Source of the DNA: Propionibacteriales bacterium
GTDB lineage: Bacteria > Actinomycetota > Actinomycetes > Propionibacteriales > Propionibacteriaceae
Assembly (NCBI GenBank): GCA_038259365.1
Contig: JBBSOW010000001.1
Coordinates: 910 to 64,909 of the forward strand
Direction of reading: 5' to 3'
DNA length: 64,000 nt
Position 1 is the first letter of the stretch; every line of letters starts with the position of its first letter. Below the pieces are notes generated by a model, which worked only from the letters and a program-made list of their open reading frames with translations, was not told the origin of the DNA and did no database searches. Below are positions 1-7,200 of the stretch, piece by piece. The translations under genes were made by a program, and so were the position numbers.

Positions 1-4
1 GCTA

Positions 5-757
5 TCAGTTGCTCTTGGCAGCCCGTCGACGGAGTCCGGCCACCGCGCCACCGGCAATGAGCAGACCGCCGAATCCGAGCAGACCGGCGTTCTCAAACCC
101 GGATGTCGAGCCGGTGCCCGTTCCGGCGCCCCCGGCTGGGGAAGCGCTCAGGGCGCCACACAGGGCAGGCGCCGTCGCGGCCAGCGGCAGCTCCGGAACC
201 AGTGGGCTCTTGGCCTTTTGAGCCTTCTTGCTCAGCGTGCTCGGATCGAGACCGTGGACCACGACGACCCCGATGCCGTCCTTGACCGAAGCCATGGTGT
301 CGCTGTTGAGCTTGAACGTGCGCTTGTAATCAGCGCTGCCGCCCGAGGGAACCACGTCCAGCTTGGTGGCCGCCTTGGGGCTGGTGTCACCCTTCATGGT
401 GAGGCTGGTGCCCACGGCACCGTAGGATGTTCCGCCCTCGGGGGTGGAGATGACCCCGTCCCCATCCTTGTCGTTGGCGTTGGTGGGGCACTTGCCCTCA
501 CCGCCGATATGGATGTGCTGGACGTGGGGGAAGGGGCCGTCCTTGAACGTCGTCGCCAGACCTGAATAGGACAGGGTCACGGTGGCTTGGTCGCCGTTGA
601 GGGTGACCGTGGCCATCCCGGACCCCCCGGAGCCGTTGAGCGCATTCAGGGTGGTCTGGTAGCTGGTGCCGCCGTCCGCGTGCGCAGCGACCGGGGTCAT
701 AGCCATGGCCATGGACGCCGCCGCCAGGGGGACGAGCAACCGAAGTGACTTCTTCAT
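5..757 (-). CDS. Secreted CHRD-domain protein with C-terminal hydrophobic anchor
   Basis: ORF 5..811 trimmed to ATG at 757, with AAGAGG upstream. Signal peptide MKKSLRLLVPLAAASMAMAMTPVAAHA. CHRD-like core (FPHVQHIHIGGEGKCP, GVVVVHGLD). The C-terminus is a Gly/Ser linker, a hydrophobic helix and RRRAAKSN, which is sorting-signal-like but has no LPXTG. Confidence 0.7.
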   Translation of the reverse strand: MKKSLRLLVPLAAASMAMAMTPVAAHADGGTSYQTTLNALNGSGGSGMATVTLNGDQATVTLSYSGLATTFKDGPFPHVQHIHIGGEGKCPTNANDKDGDGVISTPEGGTSYGAVGTSLTMKGDTSPKAATKLDVVPSGGSADYKRTFKLNSDTMASVKDGIGVVVVHGLDPSTLSKKAQKAKSPLVPELPLAATAPALCGALSASPAGGAGTGTGSTSGFENAGLLGFGGLLIAGGAVAGLRRRAAKSN

Positions 758-933
758 CGGGGTACCTCTTTCTCGGCTCGTCGATAGCGTTGGGAACACT
801 TCGTTCCTCACGGATCCGCTGACAACGGCCTACGACCTCAGACGCTAAACCGCTCGATACCTTTGTGCGCAGGCTATGGCGCCAAAAGCGGCAAACGTAA
901 TGATCACTTAAGATCTGCGATTCGATTTCGTTA

Positions 934-959
934 CCCGACCGAAAGATCATTCGGGTCGG
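934..959 (-). terminator. Candidate hairpin terminator after the lipoprotein gene
   Basis: Imperfect hairpin CCCGACCGAA-AGATCA-TTCGGGTCGG about 40 nt downstream of the minus-strand stop at 998. There is no U-tract. Confidence 0.25.
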
Positions 960-997
960 CGCCAACTCGGATGGCTCGGGCGCAGCGGAGCCCGCCG

Positions 998-1729
998 CTA
1001 TCCCACTAAATCGTTCAACAACTTCCTGGCATCGTGGTCCTTGCCCTCGACGATGACCATGGTCACCCGGTCGCCTTTGACCATGCCCGCTTCGGTCCAC
1101 ACACCCTCACCGCTGAACCGCTGGTCCTGCAGGGTCGTCTTGGTGATGACCGGCTTCATGCCGTCAACCTCGCATTGCTTGATCAGGCCGGCGAAGGACG
1201 TGAACCACTCGCTGGCATCGGCCTCACTCGAGAACTGGAAGGCGATCCCGTTGCCGAGCCGACCCGTGCCGTCCTGGTAGGAGGCCCCGAGCGCGTGCTT
1301 GGCCTCGGGAACCGGCACGGTTTTGCCGCACTGGGGGAGCGCGTCGCGCACGGACAGTTTCGGATCCAACGCGTGCACGAAGGTGCCGTTGGGCTGGTAC
1401 TCGCCCTCGGTGGCTTCCCCGGGGACGGGCTTGAAGCCCAGCAGCTTCTGGGGCATCGTGTCCCCGCTCAAGGGCCCCGACGTCGTCGCGGCCGGTGAGG
1501 GCTCTGGAGGAGTGGGGGAGGCAGACGGGAGGTCACCCGGCTGGGAGGCCGCCGAGTCGGTGGGCGACCGCGCTACGGTCGGCGACCCGGCCCGGTCGGA
1601 CGGTGATGCAGGCGACGGTGGTGAAGGCGAAGGGCCGGGCGCTGCCGGGGCACCCGAGCAAGCACCGATGGTGCCTGCGAGCAGCAGCGAGGATAGCCCA
1701 ACAAAGATCTTCATCGTCGAGGTTGTCAT
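998..1729 (-). CDS. Lipoprotein with Pro/Ser-rich linker and a two-Cys globular domain (function unknown)
   Basis: ORF 998..1894 trimmed to ATG 1729. MTTSTMKIFVGLSSLLLAGTIGAC gives a signal peptide plus lipobox. The upstream part of the ORF is Arg/Gln-rich junk. It lies 8 nt downstream of the M15 gene stop, so an operon is likely. Confidence 0.65.
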   Translation of the reverse strand: MTTSTMKIFVGLSSLLLAGTIGACSGAPAAPGPSPSPPSPASPSDRAGSPTVARSPTDSAASQPGDLPSASPTPPEPSPAATTSGPLSGDTMPQKLLGFKPVPGEATEGEYQPNGTFVHALDPKLSVRDALPQCGKTVPVPEAKHALGASYQDGTGRLGNGIAFQFSSEADASEWFTSFAGLIKQCEVDGMKPVITKTTLQDQRFSGEGVWTEAGMVKGDRVTMVIVEGKDHDARKLLNDLVG

Positions 1730-1737
1730 GGCAGGCC

Positions 1738-3423
1738 TCAGTTGATCTGGAAGTGCTGGTAGTCCTTGTCGTACCACCAGGCGCCCCAGAAGTAGCCGTT
1801 GCTGGTCATGCCCTTGGTCATCGGATCGTTGCCGGTCAACACGCCCTTGCCGGTGCGCTTCTTGATCCACTTCGTGCCGTTGGACGGGTACCACTTCTTG
1901 CCGTCGTAGTAGGGGTTCTGCACGGTGTTGATGTCCACGGCACGGCCGTAGGAGTGCGGGCTTTGCGCGTAGGGGTTGCCGACGACCTTGCGGCAGTTGA
2001 AGGCGCTGGTGTTGTTGGCCTTCATCTGCACGGTGTCAACGCCCTTGTACTTGTCGGGGTTGCTGAGCTGATACAGGGCGAACTTACCCCACGCACCCTT
2101 GGAGAAGGCGTCCACGGTGCGGTTGACGGCGTCGTCACGCAGGATGATCGTGCCGCGGTGCACCGAGCCGTCGTAGCCCTGGTAGTTCATCCGCACCTTC
2201 TTCAACTGGCTGCGGCCCACGGGACAGCCCGAGCGGTAGGTGTAGCGCACGTCGGACGTGCCGACGCCGTATACGCCCCGGTTGACGTGTACGCGGATCG
2301 ACGATCCTCTGCTGGAGTAGTCCAGGCGGGCGTTCCAGAAGTCCTGGGTCCACACGCCGTCGATCTTCTTTTCGCGGTCGCGGGGCACCCCGAGGTCGCT
2401 GACGGCGAGGCCGCGCTTGCTGTACTCCCGGTAGATAGCGCCCCATACGACGTGCGAGCCGGTCTTCGCCGTGTGCACGATGGCCCCGTTAGCGAACCTA
2501 CTCACCCGCGCGGTGCCCGACCCGTACTCGTCGGTGATCGGCACGCCGAGCCTGCCGTCTGGCCCGCCGACCTCCTCCCACTCGCCGACGATCCGGCCGT
2601 GGATCTCGTGGCTGCCGCCCGCCCGACTGTGTCCAATGGCACCACTGCTGAAGTAGGACACGTAGTTGCCCTTGCCTTTGGCGAGCTCGTCCGTTGTCGG
2701 GGCCCCAAGGAAGCCCTTCTCTGCGCCCTCGTCCTCGTACTTCTCGAGAATTTTGCCCTTGACGAAGTGGGCGCCGAAGCGGGAGTCGACGATGAGCATC
2801 TTCTGGAAACTCACCCGGGTCGTCCCCGAGGTTGTCCTCTTGATGTCGGTGATGGGGAAGCCCGTGGTGGAGTTGCCGAGTTCCTTCCACCGGCCGTAGA
2901 TGGGACCGGAGATGGCGTACGCGCCCGTCGTCGGCGTCCAGCCAATCATGCCGTTCTGGAACTCTTGGTAGGCGCCGCCGTCGACGTTCTGCTGACTTCC
3001 CCTGAGGTCGCCGAGGTAGCCGTTCTTGCCGCCTTCCTTCTCATACTTGGCGGCAATGGCGTCGTTCATCTCCTCACCGGCGACCATCTCCGCGTCCTGA
3101 GGCGCTGCCTGGCGGGCGTTCGAGTCTTTGGACGCAGATGTCTGGGGAGACCCGGAGGAACCCGGGGATACCGAAGGATCGGGAGACACCGAGGAATCCG
3201 GGGATGGTGCGGGCGATTTCGGGCTGTTGCTCGACGTCGCCCTCTCGGTGACGCCCGGAGCAGGCGAGGCGGACCCGGCGGACGGGGTGGGTGAGTCGGC
3301 GGGCGTCGGGGCGGGTGCGGCCCACGACTGTGCGAGGGGGGCCAGGCTCAAGCTGGCGCCCAGGGTCATCGCGGCGAGGCCACCGGCGATCGTTCCGCGC
3401 GTGGAACGCTTCGGATTCTCCAT
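1738..3423 (-). CDS. Secreted LGFP-repeat protein with C-terminal M15-type (D-Ala-D-Ala carboxypeptidase/VanY-like) zinc peptidase domain
   Basis: ORF trimmed to ATG 3423 (MENPKRSTRG..). It has a signal peptide and a Pro/Ser linker. LGFP-type repeats are present (GMIGWTPTTGAYAISGPIYGRWKELGNSTTGFPITD; KGKILEKYEDEGAEKGFLGAPTTDE). C-terminal motifs are SPHSYGRAVDIN and DYQHFQ. Confidence 0.8.
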   Translation of the reverse strand: MENPKRSTRGTIAGGLAAMTLGASLSLAPLAQSWAAPAPTPADSPTPSAGSASPAPGVTERATSSNSPKSPAPSPDSSVSPDPSVSPGSSGSPQTSASKDSNARQAAPQDAEMVAGEEMNDAIAAKYEKEGGKNGYLGDLRGSQQNVDGGAYQEFQNGMIGWTPTTGAYAISGPIYGRWKELGNSTTGFPITDIKRTTSGTTRVSFQKMLIVDSRFGAHFVKGKILEKYEDEGAEKGFLGAPTTDELAKGKGNYVSYFSSGAIGHSRAGGSHEIHGRIVGEWEEVGGPDGRLGVPITDEYGSGTARVSRFANGAIVHTAKTGSHVVWGAIYREYSKRGLAVSDLGVPRDREKKIDGVWTQDFWNARLDYSSRGSSIRVHVNRGVYGVGTSDVRYTYRSGCPVGRSQLKKVRMNYQGYDGSVHRGTIILRDDAVNRTVDAFSKGAWGKFALYQLSNPDKYKGVDTVQMKANNTSAFNCRKVVGNPYAQSPHSYGRAVDINTVQNPYYDGKKWYPSNGTKWIKKRTGKGVLTGNDPMTKGMTSNGYFWGAWWYDKDYQHFQIN

Positions 3424-3672
3424 CAGGGGTCCATCCTTATCAACAACTGCGTTTCTGCATCCTTCCATGTCCTACGATCGCATCGGAAGCCTGGTTGTAT
3501 CGAAGCCCGGTTTTGTTCCTGCGCACTCATCCGGTGTCAGCAGGTGACTTGGCCGGCAATCCGTTGACCGTTTTGCCCCCGATGCCGGTAGCCGATCCCC
3601 GGTGTCCCCGCACTCGTGTCCGACCGGAAGCGAACGGGTCTGACGTAGGGCCCAACGCTCGCTCAGACGCAA

Positions 3673-3700
3673 CGATGCCCCGGCCGAAGCCGGGGCATCG
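3673..3700 (-). terminator. Intrinsic-terminator-like hairpin downstream of hsp20
   Basis: Perfect 12-bp stem CGATGCCCCGGC / GCCGGGGCATCG with a CGAA loop, 22 nt after the hsp20 stop. It is GC-rich with a weak U-tail, as is common in actinobacteria. Confidence 0.6.
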
Positions 3701-3721
3701 CTCAGCGCTGGACGCTAAGAC

Positions 3722-4174
3722 TTACTGCTGGGCATCCTGCGGCTCGTCGGCTGTTTCACCGGTGATGGCCTTGTCCTGCTCATCCGAAGACACCTCGATC
3801 TTGCGTGGCTTCGCCCTTTCGCTGACGGGGATCGTCACGCTCAGCACCCCGTTGTTGTAGTTGGCCGAGATGCGCTCGGTGTCGACTCCCTGGCCGAGGT
3901 TGAGCTGGCGCAGAAAGCTCGCCGTCTCGCGCTCGCGGGTGATCCACTTCACGCCGTCGTCGGACTGGATGGTGCGTTGGGCTCGAATCGTCAACAGCTG
4001 ACCATCGACGTCGATATCCACCGAGCCCGGATCAATGCCGGGAAGGTCTGCCGCCAACACGTAGAGGTCGCCATCGCGGTAGAGATCCATCGGCATTCGG
4101 CGGGGGCCGCGGCGCACGTCGAACAGGCTCGAAGCGAGGCGATCGAGATCACGGAACGGGTCGTAGCTGGTCAT
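3722..4174 (-). CDS. Hsp20/alpha-crystallin family small heat-shock protein
   Basis: ATG at 4174 is preceded by GAAGGAG; the GTG at 4189 in the ORF track is unlikely. Alpha-crystallin domain seen (DLYRDGDLYVLAADLPGIDPGSVDIDVDGQLLTIRAQR ... NGVLSVTIPV). Confidence 0.9.
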   Translation of the reverse strand: MTSYDPFRDLDRLASSLFDVRRGPRRMPMDLYRDGDLYVLAADLPGIDPGSVDIDVDGQLLTIRAQRTIQSDDGVKWITRERETASFLRQLNLGQGVDTERISANYNNGVLSVTIPVSERAKPRKIEVSSDEQDKAITGETADEPQDAQQ

Positions 4175-4204
4175 GGGTTGCTCCTTCACGTCGCTGGGTT
4201 GTGG

Positions 4205-4225
4205 GTTGAGTCCTTTACGCTCAAC
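4205..4225. promoter_or_regulatory. HAIR-like inverted repeat (candidate HspR operator)
   Basis: GTTGAGT-CCTTTAC-GCTCAAC compared with the HAIR consensus CTTGAGT-N7-ACTCAAG: 11 of 14 arm positions match and the N7 spacing is correct. It sits about 30 nt upstream of the hsp20 start. Confidence 0.45.
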
Positions 4226-4235
4226 TGTCTCTAAT

Positions 4236-4262
4236 TTAGCACTCTCGCCCGGAGAGTGCCAA
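4236..4262. promoter_or_regulatory. CIRCE element (HrcA operator)
   Basis: TTAGCACTC-TCGCCCGGA-GAGTGCCAA compared with the consensus TTAGCACTC-N9-GAGTGCTAA: 17 of 18 positions match. On the coding strand it overlaps a TTGGCA(-35)..TAAATT(-10)-like promoter for hsp20. Confidence 0.8.
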
Positions 4263-4297
4263 CCAAATTCAGCGCGAAAATTTCTATAACTGAGCTC

Positions 4298-7200
4298 CTA
4301 GCTGAGGCCCAGCCCCTTCTCCAGCGAAGAGATGATCTTGGCCCGCAACTGGCTGGCCGCGACGACCTCGTCCACCGAGCCGACCTCGACGGCGCGATAG
4401 ATGTTGTGCACCCGGTCGAAGTCGTTGGCGACCTCACCGAGCTTCTCGCTACGGACGTCGCGGCGCACTTCGGCGAGCTGGGCCACCAACGCCGCCCGCT
4501 CCGCCCCGGACGCCTCGGCCAGTCGCGCTTCGATGTCGGCGACCCGGACGTCCTTGGCCGTGCGGGCGTCCACCTCGCGGGTGAACACCACGGCCGCGGC
4601 GGGAGCGCCGCCGATCACCGAGGCGAAGGAGCCCTCGACGGCGAGCACCGTCATCTGCGGGTTCAGCGCCTTGGAGAACACGACGAAGGCGCCACCGTGG
4701 TAGCGCGAGATCACGCAAAACACGATGGGGCCCGCGAAGTTGACGATGGCCCGGCCGATCTCGGCGCCGTACTCGAGCTGCAGGTTGCGCATCGACTCGG
4801 GGGAGCCGTCGAAGCCCGACAGGTTCGCCAACACCACGAGCGGACGGTTGCCGCTGGCCGCGTTGATGGCGTGGGCGGCCTTCTTCGACGACTTCGGGAA
4901 CAGCGTCCCCGAGGTGTAGGCGTCCGGGCCATCCGTGGGCGGAAAGCCGCGGCGAGGAACCGACTGGGATTCGATCCCGATCAAACACACCGGCAACCCG
5001 CCCAGGTGGGCGTCGTAGACCACGGCCGTCTCGGCGTCGGCCATCTGAGCCCAGCGCTCCAAGGTCTTGTGATCGGCGTCGGCGACGGCGGCCATCACCA
5101 TGCGGATGTCGAAGGGCTTCTTGCGGTCCGGGTTGGTGGCCGAGGAGAAGATGTCTCCGACGGTGGTGAAGCCGGCGTCCCCGCCCGTGTGGGGGTAGGC
5201 GGTGATGTCGCGATCGTGGGGATCGTCCGTGGGCGCGCGACGGGGGCCGCTGTCGCCGGGCGCGACGTAGCTGTGCTTGTAGTGCGCCATCAACACCCGC
5301 AAGGCGCCGGCGAGGTCGGGGGCCCAGTACTGCGCCTGGCCGTTGGGGCCCATGACGCGATCGAACCCCCCGATGCCGAAGTTGTCCTCGGCCGACACGC
5401 CGCCGGAGAAGTCCAGGGATTGCTTGCCGGTCAACACCATGGCGCTCTCGGGGGTCATCACCAAGATGCCCTTGGTGTGCATGAGCATCGTCGCCTCGGC
5501 GTTCCAGTACGGCTGTGCTCCGACGTTGATCCCGGCGACGACGATGTTGATCTCACCGCCAGCCTGGGTGAACTCGACGATGCGTTTGAGCGCCTTGGCC
5601 ACCCAGTCCATGTTCTCGGTGCCCGAGTCCATCGAGATCCGCGCGCCGGCGGAGATGGCGAACCATTCCACCGGCACGCCCATGGATTCGGCCAGATCGA
5701 GGGCGGCGATGATCCGGCGGCACTCGGCCTCGGACACCGCGCCCAACGATTTGAGCGGATCCCCGGCGATGAGCACGCGCTTGATCCCCTCCGGGTAGCG
5801 CTGCGTGGGCGTCGATACGACGCCGGTGATGACGCCGGCGGTGTTGTGTCCGTAGGGGCGGTCCACCTCGACGAGCCCGCCCGATTCGTCGAGATCGTAC
5901 TCCCTCGCCTTGCCGCCCCGGCCGGCGATCATGGCCTGCAGCTCGTAGGGGTACACGAACCCGCGCCGACGCGCCCGCACCACCTTTTGGCGGTAGTCGT
6001 CCAGCGGCTTCAGCCGCTCCAGCGGCGGCCGGTGCATGCTGCCCACCACCCCAGAGCCGGGCTGGTAGGTGAAATGGGCGGTGCGCACGAGTTCGAGGCC
6101 GTCGGAGAAGCCGATCGTGCCCTCCACCAGCAGTTCTTCGATGCCGGCGCCGGTGGTCATGGGGGCGATCTTGTCCTTCAGCGAGGTGAGCTGATCCATG
6201 TCGGCCTCGACCTTGGGCCAGATGTGGACCCACACGTGGTTCATGTCCAGCCGGGCCGATCCGTCGCTGGAGGCTCGCGCCTGGCGGATCGCCTGCAGGC
6301 AGTTCGCGATCGCCCGCTCGGCGTGGGGCAGCCCGATGACCCGGCCCTCCTCGTCGCGGATCACCGCGAGTTGGCGCACCTGCGCGAGCGCCACGAGGCG
6401 CTGGTCCGCGTCGTTGCCGGGGGCGACGCAGCGGTACAGCAGCACGTCCTCGGGGGCGTCCAACCGCGTCACGTCGAACTCGCGGAGCCGCCACAGGTTG
6501 AGGCGCCTGCCCACCATGGGGTGCACCCCCCGGACCAGGACGTCGTCGACGAGGGTGCCGTCGGCCCGTTCGCGGAAGGTGAAGTAGCCGATCTCTCCCT
6601 CGGCTGCAGGGCAGACGGTCACCGTGACCCGCCGGGCCAAGCGCGGAAAGTCGAGTGCGCTGAGGGTGTTGGCCAGCGAGGCAGAGACGTCCTCGGCCTG
6701 CTCGGGGGCGGCCGGCCAGGACAGGTAGAGATCCACCACGGACTCGTGGCCTTGCGGGGCGGCGGCGAGCTGGGCGTCCACGGCCTTCACCAGGCCGCTG
6801 CCCGGGGATAGCTCGGCGACACGGCCGATCGTGGACACCAAGTGCGTGGGACGATCATCGAGCACGTAGTCCGCGATGGCGAAGGGGCGGTCGTCCACGG
6901 CCAGCTCGCGGAGGCCGGTCATGGTGTGTTGGCGGTAGTGGCGCTTGATCAACACCGCGAGCATCGGTTCGTCGCGCGGTAGCTCACCGTCTTGGATGCG
7001 CTCGGCCAAAAAGCCGATCATCTTCTCCGGTATGGCGGCCAACGTGTCGATGCGAGCGTCCCGGTCCGGCCCGGGCTCCAGGCTCGCCAGCGCTTGCAGC
7101 TCATCGGCGACTCCGCCCAGCACGCTCTGCCGTTCGGTATCCACGAGGGGTTGATCGAACCAGCGGAAGCGCACGCTGCGGGCGAGGTCGCTGACCACCG

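Noticed and set aside
1495-3294. A 599-aa plus-strand ORF opposite the LGFP-M15 gene, with comparable ones at 48007..50148, 50510..52333 (5' part) and 32638..33528
   Set aside because: The same high-GC artefact applies. In the last two cases only the 3' portion is real (DUF1206 from 51530, oxidoreductase from 33529). The 5' portion overlaps another well-supported CDS out of frame.
4256-6811. An 851-aa plus-strand ORF, with similar ones at 8060..10036 and 5553..6494, overlapping the carboxylase gene
   Set aside because: These run antisense to, or out of frame with, a gene that has unmistakable BC/BCCP/CT motifs. Their translations are Gly/Arg/Asp/His-rich and low-complexity, with no motifs. 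This is the typical stop-codon-poor artefact of high-GC DNA.
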